The notes under the pieces are model-generated. The model did no database searches and was not told where the DNA came from. It worked only from the letters and a program-made list of their open reading frames with translations. DNA of 64,000 nucleotides from the human T2T-CHM13v2.0 reference genome, Homo sapiens. The stretch lies in NCBI RefSeq assembly GCF_009914755.1, contig NC_060947.1; one strand, 5' to 3'. This document shows, piece after piece, positions 43,775 through 57,692 of this stretch. The position numbers and the translations under genes are program-made. Position 1 is the stretch's first letter, and each line of letters starts with the position of its first letter.

Positions 43775-43940
43775 TTCAGCCAACTCTTTTTTAAAAAACA
43801 CCTGAAAACTAAAGTTTTTAAAGATCTAAAGAAGACAGCCAGATCCCAAAACCAGTATGTCAGCAAATGTTTAGGCACAGATTAGTAAATTTTTTCTGTA
43901 AAGAACCTAATAATATTTTGGGCTTTGCAGGCCATATAGT

Positions 43941-44140
43941 AGAGACTATATGTTGCATAGGCCTAAATTTATGGTAAGAGTACTGAAAAAAAATTAGTGT
44001 TCCTTTTCAGATTTCTTTAAAAGGAATAAAACAGTTCTCTGCAGAGACTATACTTGCATAGGCCTAAATTTATGGTAAGAGTACTGAAAAAAATTAGTCT
44101 TCCTTTTCAGATTTCTTTAAAAGGAATAAAACAGTTCTCT
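43941..44140. repeat. Tandem duplication of a ~100-bp unique unit (43941-44040 and 44043-44140), next to a MER58-like stub (~43880-43940)
   Basis: The copies differ by about 2 substitutions and 2 single-base indels. Confidence 0.95.
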
Positions 44141-45574
44141 AAAAGTGTTTATAGATTTTTTTCTGATTTGTTAAAGACAAGAATTAGAAGTGTGGGCAAT
44201 GTACTGATAGGAAAATGAATCTCTGACTCAATTTGCATAAATATAAGGGAGCTTGGTTCTTAGGCTTAACTTCTGTATTTTATTACTTGGCATTACTACG
44301 AACCTGAGCTTCATCTTGATTTTAGTGAACTTCCTTTGTACTTGGTATTATATAGCCAAATTTTATTATGGATGAAATAACTGGTAAGCTATATAGTTGT
44401 ATTGGACATGCAGGTTCCAAAAAGTATTTAGTCTGTGGATTCGTGATGTATTGGTCTATCATGTAAGTAGAGAATCATAGGCAGAAGCTAGTAGTTACAA
44501 TTTAATGCAACAAGAATCTTGCTAATGCAATACAACCAGAATCTCTGAAATAATTTTGATTTCCACATAGAATGCATGTTCCTCAGTCACTTTATCATAG
44601 GTCAGAAACATATTAGACTTCTTACCTCCTGAATGATTAGGTTGCATGGTATTCCATGTAGAAAACTACTAGATGCACATATCTACTTCACCCTTCTGTA
44701 GAGTTATTTGAGTAGAGTTATATCTTCTGAGTACCATTCTAAGTAATGAAGATAAGCTTAATACAAAATATAGCTCTTTGAGGACTGGGAATGTTTCTCC
44801 ACAATGGAGGGACATAGCTGCCAGATACTGTTTCCATCTAAATAGCCAGTATAGCTTAGAAGTGACTCTTTCATTGACTTAAATAAAAATTTAGTGAATT
44901 GCTGTCTTTGATTACAGAAGTATAAAAGATGTGGGGTTCTCTTTCAACATCCGTTGTTGTACTTAGAGAAAACAGAGTTACACTTAATTCAGCTGCCAAG
45001 ATAGCAATTTGGCTAATTGTCTACTGATCATTTTTGTATTTTTTCCAGCTTCAAGACAGACATTCATGACATTATTTTCAGTCACACATAAGGTCTTTTT
45101 AAAGCCTTAATCACACACAAAAATGAATGAAATATATTGTATTTCTTCGACAGTTCTAAATGAAAAAGTCTTTTTTTTTTCAAATTATCCTTTTGTGTCA
45201 ACATGAGAAAATAAAGTAGAAGTTTTCCTCTTCTAGTGTTGGCACTGCTTTTTCATGATTGCTTATAAAATTGCGTATCATTGAAAGAGACATTAAAAGT
45301 ATCCATTTAATTTGTGCTATATAGACAGCTAAGAAAAATAAATTAATTTGCCATTAGAATAAAAATCAGACTAGTTTTCATCCTCTAAGCAACAGTGTGT
45401 CTCTAATTTTCCACACAAACCCAAAAGAGCCTAACTGAAATTTCTATGTAGCCTCTTCTCTGTCATTGCTCTCTCAAAGACACACAGCTTAGTGTAAGAA
45501 AAAAAATTAATTTGCAAAGTAGTATTTCAGCCTTTTCTTAGGCAACCCAAGAAAACTTTGGATTGACGATGATT

Positions 45575-45806
45575 GAATTGAACAATGAGAACACTTGGAC
45601 AGTGGAAGGGGAACATCACACACCGGGGCCTGCTGTGGAGTGGGGGGAGGGGGAAGGGATAGCACTAGGAGATATACCTAATGTAAATGACAAGTTAATG
45701 GGTGCAGCACACCAACATGGCACATGTATACATATGTAACAAACCTGCACGTTGTGCACATGTACCCTAGAACTTAAAGTATAATAAAAAATATATATAT
45801 AAAAAA
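45575..45806 (+). mobile_element. Short 5'-truncated younger L1PA 3' end
   Basis: gaattgaacaatgagaacacttggac...aacctgcacgttgtgcacatgtaccctagaacttaaagtataataaaaa. Confidence 0.93.
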
Positions 45807-46314
45807 CAAGAATTCCATCAAATAGTGGGACTAAAATTCTTCCTAATTTAACTGGAAGGAAAAAGTAGAGAAGGAGCCTTCCAAAATCTGTCACTTGTAG
45901 TGACAGCTATGGAACCCTTGATAAAATCATGATCATCTCCTTAGTGTGCTAATAAGGACCACTTGAGGTATTAACGCCTTGAAGGCATCAGTGCAAACAT
46001 CAAGGAGATACTCTGCACAGGTGCCACAGTTCCTGGAAATAGTGGGAAGAATGCTGGCAGGGTGATCTTTCCTTGGCAGGGGCGGGTTTGCTTATTCCAT
46101 TTACCTACAGGGTGATTTCCCAGTAGTATTTCAAGCTCTCACAAAACTACCAAACCCAGGCCCCAGGACTCCAGATTTTACTTTTCATTGCTGGGCCTTG
46201 CTACAAGAAAAACTTTATGTCTAAGAAGAAGAACACCAGGCATTTATTTCTTATGTGATCTAGGTCACACTGTCCTGTCATGCTACTACAAATATACCCA
46301 AGAAGATAAGCAGT

Positions 46315-46540
46315 TCTAATATTTATTGAGTGCTATCAAGATGCAAGGCACTTGAATATGTTTCCTTATTTAGTGCCCACACACACACAACTCTGAAAGG
46401 CGGTTATTATTAGACCCCTTTTACAGATAACAAAACAGACTCAGAGAGGTTAAATAACCACCACAAGAGCACCAAGATGGGAAGTGGTCTAGCTAAGATT
46501 CGAACCTACACCTGTCTGACTATATAGTTAATGTGTTTTT
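46315..46540 (-). mobile_element. MIR
   Basis: ctaatatttattgagtgct...ttttacagataacaaaacagactcagagaggttaaataac...gattcgaacc. Confidence 0.75.
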
Positions 46541-48073
46541 CCATCAGCATTTGCTGGGTCCGTTTCTGGGCAACTGTGCCAATTCATATTTGAGGGAAAA
46601 CTTGGTATACTGGCTGTCACTGGCATGAACCAATGGAAAAAAAACAGATATCAAATTAAGATTAACTAGTCTTTGCTTATCTTTTACTCAAAAGGAATAA
46701 TTAAAGCAGCAATAGAATTTTCAGAGTCTTCGTATTTTGAGGCCTGAATATAGTTGAGAATGTATTTTATTTCCAACTTCCATTGCTGAAGAATTTATGT
46801 TCACAATAGCCGGAGGTACATAGCAGGAGGAGATAGGGGGATAAAATGTTCATCAATATACACATCAAACTCTCCTGCTATACTTTACAAAAGAGTCCCA
46901 GCAACTTAGTCTCCAGAGCTTTAGGGTAAGGCAGTTTCTTAGTTCAAATCCCAGATCTATTACTTTCTATTTGATATGTAGTAATTTCTTAATGTATGTT
47001 AGCTGTAATTATCATTAATATTAATCAGCACTGCAGGGAAACCATATACAAATATTACAATATGGGAATTCGTGGGTGGAGAGGGGTTCCTGTAAATATA
47101 CGTGCCATGATTGTTCACCTAAATGTGAATATTAGTTAAGCCTTATGATAGTTCTTTTGTGATTTAAATTTTCATAAGAATAAGGAGACTTTTGTTTTAA
47201 TATGTTTTTTCTTATCATCTGAAATTGATGGATAATACTTCAGGTTTTTTCTTGTAAATCATATAAAGAATAAAACCAGCAGTTACAGGGTGGTTGGAAT
47301 ATTACTGGAACAGATTCCGATTATTAGCCCTTTTGCTGCATTTGACTTACTCTAGTAATTTGAACTTCTCTCTCAGAGTTCTTTCCCCTCCCTCTTGCCT
47401 GAGGTCTGCCAAGTCACTTTGTCTAGCTGCTTACATTTGCTACCCTTTTAAGTAGTTCTGGAAGTTTGGAACTTGCAGCCCACATCAGCAGATTTGCCCT
47501 TTTGCATTTGGCAAGAATCAGAATTTGCCATGTGTTTCCAAGGAGAGGTGGGAGTATGGTGTTATAGAGATTCATGTCAGCATGAGTCTGGAAACAGTGA
47601 TTGTTAGATAATCAGTGAACTGAAGCCAGAGAAGAGAATTGAGAGCATTATTTTTAGAGTTGTTTATATCTGTAGAGATCTACAGCAATGTATGTATTGC
47701 TTTTCTTTGAATATCTTTAGGATAAAATGATATACCTTTAAGAGGCATCATGTGATGTCATTCATTAACTGAAGCTTCAGAATAATTGGGTCTGAAATCT
47801 GAGGTACCCTAAACCTGACTGAGCTCATGCAGTACGTTCTTTTTAACTCTCTAAAATTATGGCTGCATGTAACTGCTTGCTTTAAAAGGATGTTAGAATT
47901 AGGTGATTGTACACTTACTTTCTCCTCAAAACTCAACTGAAAATAAAAGTTGGTAGGCCAAGGGTAAGGTAGTGCTGGGGAACATGATGTTGGAACAGAA
48001 TTTAAATTTCCTTTTTTTAAATGATAGTTTATGTTCGTGAAAATATGACCAGAAACATTTAGTAGAATGTTGA

Positions 48074-48205
<132 letters not shown>

Positions 48206-48804
48206 TAGCAACAAGAACATTACTTATCACCAGATTCTTCTACCTGAAACATCCTTTTGTATGTTAAAAACATATGTAGTAGATTGCATATCAAATTTAA
48301 GGTTTCTCAGCGGAAAAGAAAACTGGGAGTCTAAAATCAATAAGCAAATTTTTTTAAGTATACAAAGAATATTTAAGCAGGAAAAACAGTCATTACAGAT
48401 TCCAGGCAGAATAAATATGTCATCACTTTTATTAACAAAATATACTGTTTGTATGAAGGTAGCCTTCGTGGAGATAATCAACAACAACAAAAAAGTTTTC
48501 TTAGAAAAAGGTATATAAAATGACCTTATCTATTCCACACTAATAAAGTGTATTCCTATGTCCTTTAGAATGAACTCATAAAAATTAATATTATATCTAT
48601 ATTGAAGATATTTTTGCATGTAGCTTTTTCAGCAGCCATGGGACCTGGTTTAATGTATATGTTTGTATGGTGTGTCAGACAAATCTCTGTAAATTACTCT
48701 GTGTATAGACTGTACTTTGATCTTTTAATAGGGTAAACAGCTGGTTTACTTGGGACTGTCCCACTTTATGGCCCTTTCCCATCAGAATTACCAAGAGTGT
48801 CTCA

Positions 48805-49243
<439 letters not shown>

Positions 49244-50273
49244 CTAACCTAATTCCATCTCAGTATTACTCCAGGGGGATAATTCATATTTTCTCTCTTT
49301 TTCTAAAACGTCAGGATCTGGACAATTTCTTTAAAATATCTATAAAAGAGGAAGAATAGGAAACAGCATCTTCACTGAACAGCTACTTAAACATGGCAAT
49401 TTGTGAATTTCAAGAAGAAAACTATTCATATTATTATTAACATGTGGGAAGGTAACTGACTGCCCGCAGAGGATGCCAAGTAACTTCTCCTCCTTTACCA
49501 GGAGGAGTGGTATGCAGCTTCACCTCAGTCCGGTGTGTCCTGGCTGCCACCTCAGCCCTGTTTGTGATGATCACATTTAACAAATCAGGCTCGACCTGGG
49601 CCGGTGTGTTTGTTAGTCCCCAGAGCTAGAGTAAGGCTTGTGGCAGTAGAGGTGCCTGCAACTATTTCACAGTGTTCACTTGATGCCAGTCCTTTTTCTG
49701 GTTATGTTTTGTGCTATAACATATAGTCCCAAGCTTTAAATTCCAGGGATAAAAATTTTCCATTTTTCTTTTATATTTATGTGCCCTGCAGTATCTATGC
49801 TCAAGGCTAATGGTAATCCCTAGCAATGTATAGTCTCATCCTGCCTAACATTTTTAACCCCATAGAAAGTAAGACCATCAGACAGCTTTTCTCTGGCACC
49901 CATAGGAGCAGACATTCTCCTATGAAGAAAAGGAAGGGTTCTTTCTGTTTATAGGCAGCCTATCCTCATATCCAAAAGACTCTCTCCTAGTCCCCAAGCC
50001 CAAGCTACATGAAATCAGGAATATGAATCCAGGGACAATACTTCTTCAGGATCTGAAAATGTATAGTTTTTAAAGTGAAATTTTTGTAGTTGCTGAATTT
50101 TCTTATGTAAGCACTAACTCTTATACTTGCATTGTTGTAAAATTTTGCATTAATATGTCAGATTTTTCATGAGACCTTGGTATAGCCGCATTCCAATACA
50201 TCCATGTCTCTGTCTCTTAAAATGTAAGCTGGGGCCTAACTTTGAGATGTCTGCAAACTTGCCTAGTCATTAA

Positions 50274-50960
<687 letters not shown>

Positions 50961-53900
50961 TAGCCTGTGTACACAAAGTCCTGACCTTTTCAAACTTCTT
51001 ATTTGAAGAAAATAGAACCTTGCTTCCCTTTTTTCTTAAAATAATAGTATTGCTATATAGTAAGTTAGGTCTCCCTTGGTGACCTACTTTCAGAACTTCA
51101 GTAACTTGGGAAAACATGATGAGTAATGAAGCTTATAATCTCAAGATACCCACAGCTGGAGCAAATAATTTTTTTCTCCAACTAGCCATTTGCCTTTTAA
51201 GGTTAATGGTGTTTTTGTTTTCTTCCTTCTCTTATCCACTTTATTCTCACTTGCATGCACCATCTCACTGGCCCACAGTGGTTGCCCCCTGAGTTGGGTT
51301 AAGAAACTATAAATGTTTCAAGCAGGTTGTTAGCAGAGCCTTGGTTGAATAACTGAGTATACACACACACCCACTCACATCTATACATATACATATTTAT
51401 CTTCCCTTTTTATTGTCAGAAGATTTAAAGGAAAAATCCAAAAGATAGTTTTTCCAAGGAGAGATTTCACATAGCATTTCTTTCAACTCCAAATAGCTGA
51501 ATTTGTTTCTAGAAACCAATTTTCCAAAAGCATCCATCTAATTTCTTGGTATGTGTGTTGATCGTAAAGCTCAATTTATGTGAATCAACTCTTATAAGAA
51601 AAGTCAATGAAGTAATCCTCTGCCTTGTTGACATTAAGAATATCTTTACTAGTTATTAAGTTCTTTATTCAACATGCCATACCAAGCCTCTGTTTATTAC
51701 TAACATGACACATCAGTCCAGAAACCCAGGCTGGTTTAAGGGAAAGGCTGTAACTCAGTTATTTTAGTAAGAAAGAAAATCTAGGTTTGGCTACAAGTCC
51801 TGAACATAAAATGCACAAAACAAAATATATAGAAGAAATAGTATAAAACTGTTCACATCTCTTTATTCAAAATGCAGTCTGGGCCAATTAGCGCAGATAA
51901 CTTGAGCAAATGGTGATGAAATCACAGTTACTTGTTTGGTACCCCTAGGGCAATAGACTTCTCTTTTTAAAAAGATGAAAGCAGAGTGTAGCCTTCAGCC
52001 CATTTTACAAATATATGGGACTTTGATTACAGAATATATTAGTGTAAGTTCTTCATCACAAATGGAAAAATATCTCAAAGTTCACAGATTACCAACAGGT
52101 CAAGAGCCCCATGTCAGTGTCAAGCTTGGCTCATTTAAAATGGTAGTCTCTTTGGAAATGACTGACAAGAAAATACAGTGGACCTCCCTTTATGGTGTGG
52201 ATCTTCATTGCATTATTTAATATTATCTCATCTACCAACAAAATATAAGAATTGCTTGTAATAAAATTCATATGCTGTGGCAGTTTCCATGTGAAGTATA
52301 TTTTAGCCATAATCTCCATGAGAAACATTATAAAAGGTACGTTGTTAGTACAGGAAAAGTAATTACCATTCATTACTTGCCAAGCCCTTTCAACATTCAC
52401 ATCTATCAGAGTTTATGGAAGAAATATTTAGGAGCCATGTTAGTCCTCTGCAGGAATTCTGGCAAGCATAATAATAATGTTTAATATTCTAAAGATTACT
52501 AAAATTAATAAATTGTCTTCTAAAATTTAAAGATGAGTTAGAAACTTCATTTCAACTGTCATTCAGGTACTACACAACTGCTGTGACTAAGTATGTGAGG
52601 TTTATTCTTTTACAAACATTGGAGAAAACACTTTATCTCAGCCATTTTAAGATAAACTGTGTTGAAATTAGGCACAGCCCTCTGAAATAGAGAATTCTGT
52701 TCAGAAAACATTTCATCATTCCTACAGGTTAAGTCACTAATGTTGTCTTGTTTTGAATAAGCTAGGCACTTAACAGTTCATCCTGGTCATTGAATAAGGG
52801 AAGAGTAGAAAGAAGCAAGCGTGTCCTAAGACATGAAGGGAAAATATGGCACCATGCTTGCTCATTCTTCAGGTTTCCAGTAGTCCACAGAGCACTTCTA
52901 GTTAGATAGCTTTCAATTTTTTTCTTCTAGATTATCTTTTTTGTTGTTTAGTGGATTGGATTTTTTAGCCAAATAGATGCACTCCTAAGTTGGTTGGGTT
53001 TTTTCTTTACATTTCAGATGAGTTTAGTGGGTAGTTATTCAGTGCTTTCCATCTTTTTCAGTGGGCTCTCTGTAGAATAATTGTTATAAGATAGAACAGA
53101 CCTAGTAAGTGTGTCAGTAAATTTGGTATTGTACTTTTTGTCTTTATGGTTCAATATTGTGGGATGTTTCGTGCTATTTCAGTCAGATCTGCTTCACTGA
53201 AAGTGGCCTTGCACTGTCTTTCAGGCCCCATTTCTTTCTGGGTATTTTTTCCATAAATCTTGCCACTTGATTTCTCCGTGTACTTCAAACTGTTCGTAAC
53301 AGAGTAGTGCATTCATCCTTTCCTGGAAGATGCTTATTATTCAATGAAATGTATGTTTGTTCTAATGATGGTTTTCTGCATTGCTATTTCTAATATTTAG
53401 GAGTGGGCAATTTGATGAACACCTTATTCAGGAAACATCAGCTTTAAAAACCAGTGTTTTCAAAAGAATCTTTAAGGTCTAGTTATGGGATGTCATGTTC
53501 ATGGCTTCCCTGGATTGACCATTAGGAGTAAGTACTCAGGCTGCTTGTTCAAATCAAGCTGTCTGGTGTTATGTCAGCAGAGCAAAAATTATACACGGAA
53601 ACGAAGCTGTGGCCATTACATCAGCCTTAACGTCCTGTACATGTCCTCCAACACAGAGCGCTTACTGTGCTGCCACACAGTTCAGCAGGCAACCTGTGCT
53701 TTTAAAAATCAAAGTCCAACAGCAGTGTGTTACTTACTGTCCTGCTCCAGGCCAGCATTCAGTTTGACCTCCTGAAGTGAATTGTAGTCATCAAGTACAG
53801 AACTGCAGAGGAAATAAGTTTAATGTCTAGTTCCAAACGTTTTTCTCAGTTTGCCAAGAAATTAAAAATAGGAAGTATCAGGTGGCCAAAAGAAATAATG

Positions 53901-54978
53901 GAAGAAAACATGAAAATATAGTCTGTCATATGCTTTAAGGGTGAAGAATTATGTCATCAACCAAACCTCTTTCTTATCATTTACGTTTTATCTTACCTTA
54001 TATCACAATATATGTTATATAGTGCTTATGAGCTTACAGAGCAATCTAAGAAGCAAGATATACCTAAATCCATGCCTTAGCTGTTTTTCATTTTCCTTAT
54101 GGGTATGGAATTTGGCCCTGCTTATAAAGTATATATTTAGCCTTCCTTAGAACAGACTTCAATCTGTGTTCTCGTAGTTGAACTACCTTTTGCCTTATTT
54201 TGAAATTCAATTATTTAACTGAGTCATACTGTGATTTTCTTAGGCTGAACTCATTTTAGTCTGAAATGGATGGTACTAAAAGTACACAAATGAGACCTGT
54301 CTTGTTTTCCTTTGACTGAAAAGTCAGCTTGCATATTAATTGTCTTGACCTGCTTCACTGACATTTGAGAAAAGACAAGTAATTTCCTGTTATCCCAATT
54401 AGCAGTTTCAAACCTTACCTGGTATGGACATTATAAGACATCAGCTAAATTAACTTACAAATTATGTCATTCTATGCACCTTTAAAGGAATATAAATTAT
54501 GAAAGTATGGGACAAAATATGAAGATATATTTCATTCAGAAATAATCTGCCATAACATTAAAATACTATTTTGGTTAATACAGCTTGAAGTCAGCTTAGA
54601 AAATCTCGCTTTCCTTTGCCGTATGTACTAGCCAATTCAGATGAGGTTTTGAAAACCATTATCCCTTAATCCTGCTGATTTTCCCCTAAGCAATTATAAG
54701 GGAACTCTCCTGGACTCTTGATGCCTTCATTTACTCGGTGAAGTCATGATGTCCTTTATCATTGTCTTGAAGATTACCTACCAGTATTCTCACTTAATTT
54801 ACACGTATATGTAGCTTGGGCTTAGAAATCTAAAGCAAAACCTAGGTCTTTTAAGGGGGAATAAAATCTATTACCTTGGAGCCACTGTACACATTAGATT
54901 ATCAGGCTGAAATATTATTGACACTTTCAAAATGAGATCTGCTGAGAAATATATTTTAAGGTTATTTTTAAAAATCTA

Positions 54979-55290
<312 letters not shown>

Positions 55291-56019
55291 TTAGCCGGTC
55301 TTATAACCTGCTCTATAAATAAACAAAATAAATAAATAAATAAGTAAAAAATCTAACATTCTTTGTACACTATTAATAACTTAGGAGCTGTGTAGAATAT
55401 GCCACTCAGTAGCCTAAAATCTTAAATTATTAGGGCATAGGGGCTAGATTATGAGTACAAATACAGAGCAGAAGATACATTAATTCTTGTCAATCATTTT
55501 AAGGGTCCTATCTTCATTTCCTGAAGATTTTCTAAAGGTCATGAATTCTATTTTTAAGAACATTAAAGTAGGAGATATGTAGACAAGGAGAAGGTATTCC
55601 CAGAATATGAAATTGTATTGAAGGAAGAAAAGGAACAAGTTGAAAATAAAAATGTTGCAACACTTCTCACTTTTTTATTATCAAGATAAATTATATACAC
55701 ACACAAATAATTTTAAAGAGCATAATCATCATTAATATCTTAAGTTATAGTTCATGTCTAAAGGGAGTAGATGGAGAAGGATATACACAGTGTGAAGAAA
55801 AAGACATGATAAAGTCAAAGAAAAAATGGCAGAGAACCTTAACTATATCACTTTTGTAAAGTTGAGCACACCATCCTTGGCTGATTATATAACAAATATG
55901 TATTTAAAAAAAACAGAAAAACCTAGAAAGTAGTGAGAAAATTATTTTAATATATTGTCTGATTTTGAAGAAATACTGTTAGGGAGACATAAAACACTGA
56001 AGATTAGCTATAATTCTGA

Positions 56020-56400
56020 TACTGGTTATAGGTTAGATTTTTAATTACACCTCCATTTTTTGGCTAAAAAAATGAGAGAAAGTTATTAACTTACAGGAAG
56101 TTCAGAGGTGGGGTTGTTCTGGGGTGAATTTCATGGCTTACCAATGTCAGGACTCTCCATTCATTTTTCTGTAATGCAAGAGCTCCAAGCATCATTTCTC
56201 ATGAGACAGCATTCAAAAAGCCAAAGACCAGGCCCTATCTTTAGTCCTTTCTATAAGACCAAGGGAAACTTTCCATGGATCCTTCCAGCAGACTTATACC
56301 CAGATTTCATTGCCAAGGTTGCATCACATGTGCATGCCTAAACAAATGACAAGGGAAATGGAATGATATGAACAGTTTAGACTAACCTTGATTTGTTTTT
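56020..56400. mobile_element. Old MLT1-type MaLR LTR fragment
   Basis: acaggaagttcagaggtgggg...ccagcagactt...tttcattgccaaggttgcatcacatgtgcatgcctaaac. Confidence 0.55.
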
Positions 56401-56714
56401 ATGGTGATGAGGAAGAGAAATGTGCAAAACTGCTTATCATTACTTTCTGCATGAGCAGCTCTATTACTGTGTATGTTTTGTCTTCAAATTATATTTGTTC
56501 AAGCAGTGTTTCACTTTTTAAATATATATATGCACATGCATAGCCCAGATCACATCACCTTACTTAAAAATTTTGGCTCTATTGAAATGTTAGATATATA
56601 AATGAAGTAATAAGTATTATGTAACCCTGAAAATGTAGCAAGTTTGATATAATTATTGTTGCTCATGGAATGAATAAGCATGTTTTCCTATAGACAATAA
56701 GTAATCCTAGCTTA

Positions 56715-56945
56715 GAATACAGTCTCTGGAGATATTCCTCAGTTCAAATCCTTGCTTTGTCACTGTCCCACTTACAACTGGTATGATTGATCAAGTTATT
56801 TAACACCTCTAGACCTCAATGTCTTCATTGTCAAATCATATGGTAATAATACCTAGCTTTTGAGGTTGTGTGAGTATTCAATGAAGTGATGTCAGAAAGC
56901 ACCTTAGATCCATATGTGACACATTATAAGTCTGTCCAGTAAATG
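56715..56945 (+). mobile_element. MIR
   Basis: gttcaaatccttgctttgtcact...caagttatttaacacctctagacctcaatgtcttcattgtcaaat. Confidence 0.65.
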
Positions 56946-57136
56946 TTATATAGATTTTATATAATTATATAGGTTTTATATTTGTTTCATTTATAGATTG
57001 ATATAATTATATAGATTTTATGTAGATTTGTATTAAGGCAAAGCGGGCAATTACAATACTTAAATAGTGAATTAGGCCTGGCAAACCTCATTAAGTAATG
57101 TTTACTACATGTCCTATCTTTGTTCAGTTCTAGCCA

Positions 57137-57214
57137 TTGAGTTGAACCATACGAAATGTTGCTTTTGTAGGTCAAAATGATGAAACATTAGCAATTTTGT
57201 GTGTTTCAACCTAA
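57137..57214. mobile_element. MADE2 mariner-derived MITE
   Basis: ttgagttgaaccatacgaaat...tttgtaggtcaaaatg...gcaattttgtgtgtttcaacctaa, about 78 bp with imperfect TIRs. Confidence 0.8.
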
Positions 57215-57379
57215 CATATTAGCTGCGTTCTAGGAGTAAAATAGAAATGTTCCTCATTTCACATTCCTATCACTCACTACTCCTTTCCTTTTTGACTTTG
57301 GACATTTGGGAACTCAAAAGAAACCTTGCATTCCAAATAGCAATAATTGTATCAGATATATTTACTGAAATGTTTATTT

Positions 57380-57692
57380 ATAGATCTTGTCATTTGGGTC
57401 TCATTTCAAATATTTTCCCCTCAGAGATCCTTTCCTGACAACCCAGTCTGACCCAGATGCCCACCACCACCATTCATCCTCTTGTATGGTTACCCTGTTT
57501 TATATTTTTCCCAGCTTTATCACTAGGAGTATAATATTAAATATTGTTCACAGATTTATTTTCCATCCCTACTACCAGAATTTAAGCTTCTTAAGAGCAG
57601 GGATTTTATTCCTGTCTTATAGCACCTAAAACAGTATATGGCCCATAGTAGCCCAGGCACTATTGAAAGAATGAATGAGTGAATGAATGAGT
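57380..57692 (+). mobile_element. L2 3' fragment with (GAAT)n tail
   Basis: cctcagagatcctttcctgacaaccc...agcacctaaaacagt...tgaaagaatgaatgagtgaatgaatgag. Confidence 0.75.

Noticed and set aside
49640-49660. CTCF-like motif ggcagtagaggtgcc
   Set aside because: Mismatches in the GGCGC core half; not supportable without a matrix scan or ChIP data.
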